A DNA stretch of 24,489 bases from a virus. Its lineage: Duplodnaviria > Caudoviricetes. Shown here piece after piece: positions 1 to 7,833 of the stretch; position 1 is the stretch's first letter, and each line of letters opens with the position of its first letter. Under the pieces are notes generated by a model that was not told where the DNA came from, ran no database searches, and worked only from the letters and a program-made list of their open reading frames with translations. Made by a program: the position numbers and the translations under genes. The stretch lies in the IMG/VR virus record IMGVR_UViG_3300017913_000211, positions 1 through 24,489 of that record. One strand, 5' to 3'.

Positions 1-495
1 ACTACACTTATGTCTGCTGATTCAGACGTAAACGATGCTTCTTCAACAGCTTCCTCTTTTACTGCTGATAATATCACTACTGAAATAGGAAAGTTAGTAG
101 ATGCAATTCCAAATGCAGTACTATACCAAGAAGATTTGTGTATCTATGTACCTAACAATGTTTACCAATTATACTTAAGAGCTTTAGGTGGATTTGGTGC
201 TAATGGTTTAGGTGCTAATGGTTACGAGGGTAGAGGTAATAACCAAGCTATCCCAAGCCTAATGTTTGATGGTATCGAGATTTTCCGCGCACCAGGTATG
301 CCAAGCGACCATATGGTAGCTGGACAGAAGTCTAACCTATTCTTTGGTACTGGTTTGTTATCAGACCTACAAGAAGTTAAGGTTATTGATATGGGAGATA
401 TCGATGGGTCTCAAAATGTGAGAGTAGTGATGAGAGGAACTGCTGGAGTACAATATGGTATTGGCTCTGACTTGGCTCTTTACACACTATCATAA
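1..495 (+). CDS. Major capsid protein, C-terminal part (5' end lies outside the window)
   Basis: The frame is open from base 1. C-terminal motif NLFFGTGLLSDLQEVKVIDMGDIDGSQNVRVVMRGTAGVQYG is typical of capsid proteins of Bacteroidota siphoviruses. A terminator and the tail tube gene follow. Confidence 0.85.
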   Translation, partial: TTLMSADSDVNDASSTASSFTADNITTEIGKLVDAIPNAVLYQEDLCIYVPNNVYQLYLRALGGFGANGLGANGYEGRGNNQAIPSLMFDGIEIFRAPGMPSDHMVAGQKSNLFFGTGLLSDLQEVKVIDMGDIDGSQNVRVVMRGTAGVQYGIGSDLALYTLS

Positions 496-513
496 TAAAT
501 AATTAACTAACAC

Positions 514-546
514 AAAAGGGGGTGGGGGATTACCCTACCCTTTTTT
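514..546 (+). terminator. Rho-independent terminator after the capsid gene
   Basis: Stem GGGTGGGG (520-527) / CCCTACCC (533-540) followed by T6. Confidence 0.85.
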
Positions 547-563
547 ATTTAAAATAATATAAT

Positions 564-1112
564 ATGGCTTGTACATTATCAACTGGACGTAACTTATCTT
601 GTAACGATACAGTAGGTGGAATTAAGTCTGTATTCTTTTGTGAATATGGGACTATGGGAACGCTTACAGTAACTGCTGGAGAAGTAACGACTATCGGTGG
701 TACTCCAGACTTCTACGAATTTAAAGTTAGAGGGGGAGTATCCAGCCTTGAGCAAACGATTACTGGATCGAGAGAAAATGGTACTGTCTTTTACGAACAA
801 GTACTTAATTTGACTTTACAAAAGTTAGATTTAGCTACTCAAGAAGAGATAGTAAAAATTGCTAAAGCTCGTCCACACGTTGTAGTCCAAACACACAATA
901 AAGTAGGGGATACTACAGAAAACGTATATTTAATGGTAGGTGCAGTACACGGAGCTGACGTAACTGGAGGCACTATTGTAACTGGAGCTACTATGGGAGA
1001 CTTAACTGGATTTACACTAACATTAAGCGCACAAGAGTCTATACCAGCTTACTTTGTAGATGGTACAGAATTTGAAACTTACATTAATACTTCTGACTTA
1101 ATTACTCCGTAA
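564..1112 (+). CDS. Major tail (tube) protein
   Basis: 182 aa. MAC..GR...C.D.VGGIK N-terminus plus SRENGTVFYEQVL and GDLTGFTLTL motifs; Thr/Gly-rich; lies after the capsid gene. Confidence 0.75.
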   Translation: MACTLSTGRNLSCNDTVGGIKSVFFCEYGTMGTLTVTAGEVTTIGGTPDFYEFKVRGGVSSLEQTITGSRENGTVFYEQVLNLTLQKLDLATQEEIVKIAKARPHVVVQTHNKVGDTTENVYLMVGAVHGADVTGGTIVTGATMGDLTGFTLTLSAQESIPAYFVDGTEFETYINTSDLITP

Positions 1113-1131
1113 TATTTGATTAGTTTAGATT

Positions 1132-1163
1132 AAGAGGGATGCTTTAGGGTGTCCCTTTTTTTT
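1132..1163 (+). terminator. Rho-independent terminator
   Basis: GGGATGCT-TTAG-GGTGTCCC followed by T8. Confidence 0.85.
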
Positions 1164-1172
1164 ACTATTAAA

Positions 1173-1234
1173 TGTTAAAGTTTTGTTAAAGTTTGTTAAT
1201 TATTTGTTTATAAGTATTAAATTTTGTATATTAT
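1173..1234 (+). promoter_or_regulatory. Host-type promoter with three phased TGTTAA boxes upstream of the moron ORF
   Basis: TGTTAA at 1173, 1184 and 1194. TTTG (1203-1206)-N20-TATATTAT (1227-1234) is a variant of the Bacteroidota -33/-7 consensus. Confidence 0.55.
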
Positions 1235-1258
1235 TATATATTAATTAATAAAACAATT

Positions 1259-1411
1259 ATGACAAACAAAGTAACAATTAGAAAAGATGGCAGACACTAC
1301 TATTGTACAAACCGAGAACACCTCATTAACGATAGTTGGTTTCATCACGAGGACTTAAAAGACGTAAAAAAATATTACGTTGATAAAGGTTACGAGGTAG
1401 AAATCTTATAG
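1259..1411 (+). CDS. 50-aa hypothetical protein (moron-like; not in the ORF track)
   Basis: MTNKVTIRKDGRHYYCTNREHLINDSWFHHEDLKDVKKYYVDKGYEVEIL*. A-rich start context (aaaacaattATG), with its own promoter and terminator. Confidence 0.75.
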   Translation: MTNKVTIRKDGRHYYCTNREHLINDSWFHHEDLKDVKKYYVDKGYEVEIL

Positions 1412-1430
1412 TGCATAAAATCACTGATAC

Positions 1431-1459
1431 AACCCTTACAGAAATGTAGGGGTTTTTTT
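1431..1459 (+). terminator. Rho-independent terminator
   Basis: AACCCTTACA-GAAA-TGTAGGGGTT plus T tract; GNRA loop. Confidence 0.85.
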
Positions 1460-1470
1460 ATATATTTGTA

Positions 1471-1538
1471 GTAAGTATTTTTTTTCAAGATTAAATTTGG
1501 TTTGTTAAGACCCTTGCAGAGATGTGAGGGTTTTTTTT
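1471..1538 (+). ncRNA. Putative small RNA (U-rich body plus terminator)
   Basis: Perfect -7 element TATATTTG at 1461-1468, about 40 nt with no ORF, then a terminator at 1510-1538. No matching -33 TTTG is visible. Confidence 0.4.
1510..1538 (+). terminator. Rho-independent terminator (near-duplicate of 1431-1459)
   Basis: ACCCTTGCA-GAGA-TGTGAGGGT plus T tract. Confidence 0.85.
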
Positions 1539-1540
1539 AT

Positions 1541-1566
1541 CTAAATACTAAAATTAGTACGTTATA
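1541..1566 (+). promoter_or_regulatory. Putative phage late promoter (AAA-N12-TACGTTATA), copy 1
   Basis: CTAAA-14 nt-CGTTATA. The same spacing recurs at 15787, 17327 and 24469. Confidence 0.7.
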
Positions 1567-1571
1567 TTAGT

Positions 1572-1928
1572 ATGAAGATTATAGGTACAAGTGGGACAAA
1601 GACTTTTAAGGTAATTCCAAGACAGTATGTAGATGGTCAAGTAAACGTTAAACTAACTAATGAAAGTACTGGAGGAGTTACTACTGTTTCTGCTACTGCT
1701 TCAACAGACCGAAACTATATGAGCTTTAATGCAGTTTTTGGTACACTAAAAAAAGATGTCTTTTACACTATGGACGTGCTATTATTTGGCACTACTACAG
1801 TGATATATAAAGACAAAGTATTTTGCACCGATCAGACTATAGACCAGTCTAATAACGATTACTATACTATAAACGAAAACGAGTACACTACAGAGGATAG
1901 TTACGATAATGATTATATAATAATATGA
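1572..1928 (+). CDS. Virion structural / head-tail associated protein (hypothetical)
   Basis: 118 aa, directly upstream of the portal gene with an ATGA overlap. Contains YKDKVFCTDQ and an acidic Y/I-rich C-terminus. Confidence 0.55.
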   Translation: MKIIGTSGTKTFKVIPRQYVDGQVNVKLTNESTGGVTTVSATASTDRNYMSFNAVFGTLKKDVFYTMDVLLFGTTTVIYKDKVFCTDQTIDQSNNDYYTINENEYTTEDSYDNDYIII

Positions 1929-3754
1929 GTATAAAAATAGTAAACTTAAGCACTTACACTACTCCAGAGATTAAGGAGTTAAAAAACAAAGAGTGGGTAT
2001 CGTATGGTGCAGACAACAATTACTACCAATACTTAATTGACCGATACAACGGAAGTCCAACAAATAACGCTTCTATTAATGGTATTAGTCAGTTAATCTT
2101 TGGTAAAGGTTTAGATGCTACAGACAGTAGCCAAAAACCAGAAGAGTATGCACAAATGAAGTCTTTATTAAAGGACTCTTGCGTAAGAAAGCTATGCTAC
2201 GATTTAAAGCTTATGGGTCAGTGTGCTATGCAAGTTATCTATAATTCAGATCACACAAGAATAGTAGAGGTAGCTCACTTTCCTATAGAGACTTTGCGAG
2301 TAGGTAAAGCTAATGAAGAGGGAGAAATAGACTCTTACTATTATATGGCAGACTGGCAAGATATCAAGCCTATGGATGAGCCAGAGAGATTTAGTGCTTT
2401 TGGTACTTCAAGTGATGAGATAGAGATATACTGTGTAAAACCATATAGAGCTGGTTTTTACTACTACAGTCCAGTAGACTATCAAGGTGGTTTACAGTAT
2501 GCAGAATTAGAAGAGGAGATAGCTAACTACCATCTTAATAATATTATGAACGGACTTTCTCCATCTATGATGATTTCGTTTAATAATGGTGTCCCAGATG
2601 AGGAGACCCAAGAAATGATAGAGAGAAAGATTAGAGACAAATTCTCTGGTAGCTCTAACAGTGGTAAGTTTATTTTAGCCTTTAACGATGGTAAAGAAAA
2701 TGAAGCCTCTATAGAACCAGTGCAATTAAGTGATGCACACCAGCAGTATCAGTTTTTAAGTGAGGAGTCTATGCAGAAAGTAATGGTGTCCCACAGAATT
2801 ATCTCTCCTATGTTATTAGGTATTAAAGATAAAACTGGTTTAGGTAATAATGCTGATGAGTTAAAGACTGCTTCTATACTTATGGATAACACTGTAATTA
2901 AGCCGTTTCAAGACCTTTTAATTAGTGCCTTTGATGATATATTAGCTTATAACGAGATAGTGCTTAAAATGTACTTTAAAACGCTTCAGCCACTTGAATT
3001 TGTGGACTTGGAGAACGCTATGACTAAAGAGCAAGTAGAAGAGGAGACTGGACAGAAACTATCTACACAATTAAAAGACAAAGATGACCCTTGTCAAGCT
3101 GGATACGAGCAGTATGGTACTAAAATAAAGGATGGTAGAGAAGTGCCTAACTGTATACCTTTAGCTGAAATAGATAGAATGAAAGAGGACTTATATGAAG
3201 CTTTAGAAAATATAGAGGATGAGGACTTATCTGACTACGAATTAATAGACGAGAGACCAGCTAACGAGTACGATGACTTAATACACAAGACACTAAAGTT
3301 TGCAAGTGTAGTCTCAAGCAGTCCTAATCAGACCAGTGAGCAAGATACAAGCATACTTAAGATTAGATACAAGTACACTGCTGGTAGAAGCACTGCTGGA
3401 AAGAGTAGAGATTTTTGCTCTAAAATGATGAGTGCTAATAAGGTATATCGTAAAGAGGATTTAGATAGCTCTGACCCTAACTATAATGGTAATGCTAATA
3501 ATGTAAATGAGGGGTTTGGTTTAGATGGTGCAGATAACTACAATATTTGGCTATATAAAGGAGGAGTTAATTGTTCTCACTACTGGATGAGACAGACATA
3601 CTTAAGAAAAAATAATGAGAGAATATCAGTAACAGAAGCACGACAGAAGATTATGGAGCTTGACCCAAGTCTACGGAGTGAGGCAAAAATACCAGTAAAC
3701 GAGCCAGAAGTAGCACAGATATCCTCTGCAAGAAATAACTATTGGAGAAAATAA
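1925..3754 (+). CDS. Portal protein with fused C-terminal minor-head (Mu gpF-like) domain
   Basis: First ~375 aa carry portal motifs (WVSYGADNNY, NNIMNGLSPS, FSGSSNSGKFIL, VSHRIISPMLLGI). The C-terminus has SRDFCSKM...KGGVNCSHYW. Confidence 0.85.
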   Translation: MSIKIVNLSTYTTPEIKELKNKEWVSYGADNNYYQYLIDRYNGSPTNNASINGISQLIFGKGLDATDSSQKPEEYAQMKSLLKDSCVRKLCYDLKLMGQCAMQVIYNSDHTRIVEVAHFPIETLRVGKANEEGEIDSYYYMADWQDIKPMDEPERFSAFGTSSDEIEIYCVKPYRAGFYYYSPVDYQGGLQYAELEEEIANYHLNNIMNGLSPSMMISFNNGVPDEETQEMIERKIRDKFSGSSNSGKFILAFNDGKENEASIEPVQLSDAHQQYQFLSEESMQKVMVSHRIISPMLLGIKDKTGLGNNADELKTASILMDNTVIKPFQDLLISAFDDILAYNEIVLKMYFKTLQPLEFVDLENAMTKEQVEEETGQKLSTQLKDKDDPCQAGYEQYGTKIKDGREVPNCIPLAEIDRMKEDLYEALENIEDEDLSDYELIDERPANEYDDLIHKTLKFASVVSSSPNQTSEQDTSILKIRYKYTAGRSTAGKSRDFCSKMMSANKVYRKEDLDSSDPNYNGNANNVNEGFGLDGADNYNIWLYKGGVNCSHYWMRQTYLRKNNERISVTEARQKIMELDPSLRSEAKIPVNEPEVAQISSARNNYWRK

Positions 3755-3755
3755 T

Positions 3756-4256
3756 ATGGCTACAGTACTTTTTATAAAGAGATCGGACATAGTAAAAAAC
3801 AGTATTTTAGATGGGTCAGTAGATACTGATAAATTTATTTACTTTATTAAAATAGCACAACAGATGCACATACAGAACTATCTGGGTACAAAGCTATACG
3901 ATAAAATTACTAACGATATTTCTACGGACAGTTTAACTGGTAATTATCTTACTTTAGTGAATGAGTATGTACAACCGATGCTAATACACTTTGCTATGGT
4001 AGACTATTTACCTTTTGCAAGTTTTGAACTAAAGCAAGGGGGACTACTAAAACACACTGCTGAAAATAGTCAAAACGCTACAAAACAAGAGGTAGACTTT
4101 TTAGTCCAGAAGCATAGAAATTTTGCAGACTTCTACACAAGAAGATTTATAGACTATATGAGCTTCAACAATAATTTATATCCAGAGTATAATTCTAATC
4201 AAAATGACGATATGTACCCAGATAAAGAAGCTAACTGGGTAGGGTGGGTTTTATAA
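3756..4256 (+). CDS. Head-tail adaptor/connector protein (putative)
   Basis: 166 aa after the portal; contains AQQMHIQNYLGTKLYDKI and YPEY motifs. Confidence 0.6.
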   Translation: MATVLFIKRSDIVKNSILDGSVDTDKFIYFIKIAQQMHIQNYLGTKLYDKITNDISTDSLTGNYLTLVNEYVQPMLIHFAMVDYLPFASFELKQGGLLKHTAENSQNATKQEVDFLVQKHRNFADFYTRRFIDYMSFNNNLYPEYNSNQNDDMYPDKEANWVGWVL

Positions 4257-4257
4257 T

Positions 4258-4392
4258 ATGAAATACAATATAAAAGAGTTAAATCTTAAGAAACTAATAG
4301 AGTACAAATATGCCGATACCAGAGCCAAGAAAGAACGAGAAGCAGAGAGATTTTATGAGCAGATGCGTATCAAGTATAAGCAAGGAGTATAA
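4258..4392 (+). CDS. 44-aa basic hypothetical protein (not in the ORF track)
   Basis: MKYNIKELNLKKLIEYKYADTRAKKEREAERFYEQMRIKYKQGV*. Starts 1 nt after the previous stop. Confidence 0.5.
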   Translation: MKYNIKELNLKKLIEYKYADTRAKKEREAERFYEQMRIKYKQGV

Positions 4393-4441
4393 ACAAGATC
4401 AAGCAGTAGCTATATGCTACAATAAATGGCAAAATAAATAA
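4310..4441 (+). CDS. 43-aa protein with MPIP..F.SRC...QAVAICY..W motif (not in the ORF track)
   Basis: MPIPEPRKNEKQRDFMSRCVSSISKEYKQDQAVAICYNKWQNK*. I recognise this motif from phage head-morphogenesis regions. Its stop lies 1 nt before the next ATG. Confidence 0.65.
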   Translation: MPIPEPRKNEKQRDFMSRCVSSISKEYKQDQAVAICYNKWQNK

Positions 4442-4442
4442 T

Positions 4443-4532
4443 ATGGGATACGGAAGTATATATAGCGAAAGCTGGTGGGGAAACCCTACAGAAACTGGCT
4501 GGGGTAATAGTTACTATGAATACACAGAGTAA
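4443..4532 (+). CDS. 29-aa Trp/Gly/Tyr-rich peptide (not in the ORF track)
   Basis: MGYGSIYSESWWGNPTETGWGNSYYEYTE*. TAATG-coupled to the next gene. Confidence 0.65.
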   Translation: MGYGSIYSESWWGNPTETGWGNSYYEYTE

Positions 4533-4981
4533 TGATAAGTAGTTTAGCGAGAGCAAAAAATAGAACAAAAATAGACAGAGGTGCTACCACTGAAAAAATG
4601 CTTATAAATTGGAGGCACTATCATAGCTCTGCATCTACAAGAACTTTGTATGATACTGGTATGACTACTGCCTTTCCTTATGCTTATGGTACTATACCAG
4701 TACCTTTTGACTGCTATGTTTCGAGTGTTACTTTTACTGCTAATAAATACAGTAGCTATGGTACACCAACTGGTACAAGCTCTACAGTCTATATTTACAA
4801 AGGTTTAAATACTTTAGTAACGTCTCAAGCTCTAACTTACACACCAAGTCAAGGGATGCAATTAACACACGAATTAGGTACAAGTGCATCTATAAACTCT
4901 GGAGAGAAGATAACAGTAAGGTGGTATACAAATGGTATTTGGAGGTATATGAATAGTACAATAATATTAACAGAGAGATAA
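4532..4981 (+). CDS. Hypothetical virion protein (beta-rich)
   Basis: 149 aa, S/T/Y-rich, translationally coupled to both neighbours in the fibre region. Confidence 0.5.
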   Translation: MISSLARAKNRTKIDRGATTEKMLINWRHYHSSASTRTLYDTGMTTAFPYAYGTIPVPFDCYVSSVTFTANKYSSYGTPTGTSSTVYIYKGLNTLVTSQALTYTPSQGMQLTHELGTSASINSGEKITVRWYTNGIWRYMNSTIILTER

Positions 4982-6195
4982 TGAGTAAACCAATATTAGC
5001 ACTAATACCAAGTGGATACAAAGATGAAGTAGTATACTCTATTCTACCTAATAATGGAGATGGAGACTTTGAATTTGATAGAGCATCAAAAGGTACAAGA
5101 GTACGCAAAGATGGTTTATTAGAAGAGGTAGGCTCTGCTTCTACAGATATACCAAGATTAGACTGGTCTGATGGTAATTGTCCAAGTTTACTTTTAGAGC
5201 CACAAAGGTCAAATCAAGTTATAAAATCAGAAACATTAACTGACACAAGTAATGCTACTACTGGATGGGATAGTGCAACTTTTGGTAGCGGAACTATTTC
5301 AGTAGATAGTGGCTTTATATCTCCAACTGGAGAACTAAATGCTTATAAATTTACTATCGGTGGTGTAGCTTCTGGTAATAATGGATGTCTACATACTCAC
5401 GATAATTATTTAGGTACAAGATTCAACGATGCTGGAGACTATTCTATTAGTGTTTGGTTAAGGGGAGAAGTAGGGGGAGAAATAGTACCAATAGATTTTA
5501 GAAGTAGAACTTCATCTGGTTTTACTGGAGATGAATTTACTTTAACTACAGAGTGGAAACGATACACAGTAACAGTAAATAAAGCAACTGCTTCAAATAC
5601 AAGTGGTGGATTTCAGTTTAGATTTTACAATAGGACAGATATTGCAGACCAAGTATTTTACGCTTTTGGTTGTCAAATAGAAAAAGCATCTTATGTGTCA
5701 AGCTATATTAAATCAGACGATGGTAGTGCAATTAAAACAAGGGTAAAAGATGAGTGTTTTAATGGTGGGGATAGTGATTTATTTGATATTACAGAGGGTA
5801 CTTTTTTTGTAGATAGCTATGTTTATGATAGTGGAAACCAAACTACAATAGGTTTAAGTGATGGAAGTGATAGCAATAAAATTGTACTTATATTTCAAAC
5901 TAATGGCACACAAGTAAGAGTATTTTCAAGTGGAAGTGTAGATAGTTATTTAAGTTTAACGTTTGACCAACGAAATAAAATAGCAGTTACTTTTAAAGAA
6001 AATGAATACAAGTTTTTTATAAATGGCAGTTTGTCTGGTAGTGATACAAGTGCTACTGTACCAAGTGGAATCGATAGACTAAACTTTAGTAATAGGACAA
6101 ACACTGCAAATCATTTTGAGGGTAAAGTACACGATGTGAGAGTTTACGATAGAGTATTAACAGAAACAGAAGCAATAGAATTAACAACACTATGA
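4981..6195 (+). CDS. Fibre/spike protein with carbohydrate-binding-like central domain and C-terminal LamG/ConA-like domain
   Basis: 404 aa. Contains PRLDWSDGNCPSLLLEPQRSN, LTTEWKRYTVT, GCQIEKASYVSSYI and a LamG-like end (NKIAVTF...FINGSL...VRVYDRVLTETE). Confidence 0.75.
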   Translation: MSKPILALIPSGYKDEVVYSILPNNGDGDFEFDRASKGTRVRKDGLLEEVGSASTDIPRLDWSDGNCPSLLLEPQRSNQVIKSETLTDTSNATTGWDSATFGSGTISVDSGFISPTGELNAYKFTIGGVASGNNGCLHTHDNYLGTRFNDAGDYSISVWLRGEVGGEIVPIDFRSRTSSGFTGDEFTLTTEWKRYTVTVNKATASNTSGGFQFRFYNRTDIADQVFYAFGCQIEKASYVSSYIKSDDGSAIKTRVKDECFNGGDSDLFDITEGTFFVDSYVYDSGNQTTIGLSDGSDSNKIVLIFQTNGTQVRVFSSGSVDSYLSLTFDQRNKIAVTFKENEYKFFINGSLSGSDTSATVPSGIDRLNFSNRTNTANHFEGKVHDVRVYDRVLTETEAIELTTL

Positions 6196-6512
6196 TAAAA
6201 GTAGCAAAATACGAATTTAATGACGAGGCTCAAGCCAATAGCAAAATAGAAGCTCTTGGAGTAGATGAGGATGGAAACCCTACACACCCACACGCTATAG
6301 TAACACTTGGAAATATTGTTATTACAGAGGGGGAGTATGATGCTGATGGTAATGTAATTACAGAGCCAGTTTTAAGTGATAGATTTCACGTGGACGTTAT
6401 GTGGGTAGATCAAGATAGTCATCCTTACGGATGGCAAAGTTATGCAGTAACCCCAAGTGATGAGGGTATACACAGTTTTTATGGAGTAGATTATTCAACA
6501 AATAGATTATGA
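6192..6512 (+). CDS. Hypothetical protein associated with the fibre gene
   Basis: 106 aa, acidic. Motif GEYDADGN..TEPVLSD.FHVDV.W...HSFYG; ATGA overlap with the fibre gene. Confidence 0.55.
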   Translation: MIKVAKYEFNDEAQANSKIEALGVDEDGNPTHPHAIVTLGNIVITEGEYDADGNVITEPVLSDRFHVDVMWVDQDSHPYGWQSYAVTPSDEGIHSFYGVDYSTNRL

Positions 6513-6607
6513 TAAAAGGATTACGATATATAGCAGACAAATTAGAGCAGTTTAAAAATTGGCTTATAAATAAATGGAATAACTTTTTAGATAAAATTAA
6601 AATGTAA
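6509..6607 (+). CDS. 32-aa cationic amphipathic peptide (not in the ORF track)
   Basis: MIKGLRYIADKLEQFKNWLINKWNNFLDKIKM*. Coupled by ATGA upstream and TAATG downstream, filling the gap exactly. Confidence 0.7.
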   Translation: MIKGLRYIADKLEQFKNWLINKWNNFLDKIKM

Positions 6608-6885
6608 TGGAGGTAAACGAGAATACACAACTTACTTTAGACCTAAAAACTATAGCTATTATTATAGGGTGTGCAGTTAGTGTAGCTACTCTTTACTTTG
6701 CTTTACAAAAAGATATAGAGGAAGCTAAACGATTACCAGAGCCGATAATTAGTAGAACGGAGTATGATCTTAAAGACCAGCTTATACGCCAAACGATAAT
6801 GGATACCCAAAAAAAGGTAGACGAGAATGGCAATAAGTTAGACAAGATAGAGCAGAGGTTATACGACTTAACTTCAGAACAATGA
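6607..6885 (+). CDS. Single-TM plus coiled-coil membrane protein (lysis cassette; holin- or i-spanin-like)
   Basis: Hydrophobic segment IAIIIGCAVSVATLYFAL followed by a heptad-rich tail. Confidence 0.55.
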   Translation: MEVNENTQLTLDLKTIAIIIGCAVSVATLYFALQKDIEEAKRLPEPIISRTEYDLKDQLIRQTIMDTQKKVDENGNKLDKIEQRLYDLTSEQ

Positions 6886-7196
6886 GAATAGCAGTATTTT
6901 TATTATTTAGTTTATTAGTACATAGTCAAAGAGTAACAGTGTATCAGATTAATGCTGAATGGAACGCTAAAAACACATTACAGTTAAATCTAAAGGACTG
7001 TAAGTATATCTATGCTGATATAGAAGATTTAGCAAGTAAGATTAAAAGCCAAATTAAAAGCCTACCTACTATACTAATTTATAAAGAGGGTAGAAATAGG
7101 AGACAGTATATGGCTGGTATAGATATGAAATTAAGCGTAAGAGAGGAAGAGATACAAAACTTTATAAAACAATTAAATGGAGAAAATAAGCAATAA
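6882..7196 (+). CDS. Exported thioredoxin-fold-like protein lacking CXXC
   Basis: Signal peptide MRIAVFLLFSLLVHS|Q. VYQINAEWN sits where F.A.WC is expected, and IKSLPTILIYKEG resembles the cis-Pro motif. Confidence 0.55.
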   Translation: MRIAVFLLFSLLVHSQRVTVYQINAEWNAKNTLQLNLKDCKYIYADIEDLASKIKSQIKSLPTILIYKEGRNRRQYMAGIDMKLSVREEEIQNFIKQLNGENKQ

Positions 7197-7437
7197 AATA
7201 GTAGCGTTGTCTGGAACGCTTTTGTTAGGTGTAGCTGGATGGTTAGTTACTTCGGTTTACAGTATTCAAGTAGACACTACAATTATTAAAGAAAAACTAA
7301 ATAAAGTCTATGCTGAAGAATGTCCATATTGCGTACACGCAAGTCATAGCTCTATTGGAGAGCATCCACTATTAGCACCTACTATTAAACACGCACACCA
7401 GCACGTTGGTAAAGAAATAATTAAAGTAAATGACTAA
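7177..7437 (+). CDS. Single-TM protein with CPYC and His-rich tail
   Basis: TM IVALSGTLLLGVAGWLVTSVY, then ECPYCVHASHSSIGEH...KHAHQH. Confidence 0.55.
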   Translation: MEKISNKIVALSGTLLLGVAGWLVTSVYSIQVDTTIIKEKLNKVYAEECPYCVHASHSSIGEHPLLAPTIKHAHQHVGKEIIKVND

Positions 7438-7831
7438 AAATTTTAAGTATAAAGAGTTTAAGTGTAAGGGAGACTGTAAAAACTGTAAACAAAAAGGAGA
7501 GATGCCTTTAGAAGTTTACGAGAATATTATTAAGCTATCTCAACAGTTACAATTCTTAAGAGACTATACTGGTAGACCTATTAAAATTAATAGTGCTTAT
7601 AGATGTCCAGAGCATAATGCTAAAGTAGGAGGGTCTAAAAAATCCCAGCATATTTTAGGTAAAGCCAGTGATATTACTATACAGAGCTTAAAACCGTTAG
7701 AAGTATACGCTATGATAGAGGATTTAATTGATATGGGGCATATGCTACAAGGTGGACTTGGTTTATACGATACTTTTGTACACTACGACATAAGAAAAAC
7801 TAAAGCTCGTTGGGACTATACAACTAAATAA
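7430..7831 (+). CDS. Endolysin, peptidase M15 family
   Basis: Zn-ligand motifs NSAYRC.EHN..VGG...SQH..GKASDI and FVHYDIR. Confidence 0.9.
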   Translation: MTKNFKYKEFKCKGDCKNCKQKGEMPLEVYENIIKLSQQLQFLRDYTGRPIKINSAYRCPEHNAKVGGSKKSQHILGKASDITIQSLKPLEVYAMIEDLIDMGHMLQGGLGLYDTFVHYDIRKTKARWDYTTK

Positions 7832-7833
7832 TT

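Noticed and set aside
1431-1538. Two similar 29-nt hairpins 50 nt apart as a CRISPR mini-array or RNA anti-CRISPR repeat
   Set aside because: There are only two imperfect copies, and both are GNRA-loop stems with U tails, which fits ordinary terminators. They do not resemble CRISPR repeats I know, and there are no cas genes.
4981-6195. Diversity-generating retroelement acting on the fibre gene
   Set aside because: No reverse transcriptase and no template/variable repeat pair are visible.
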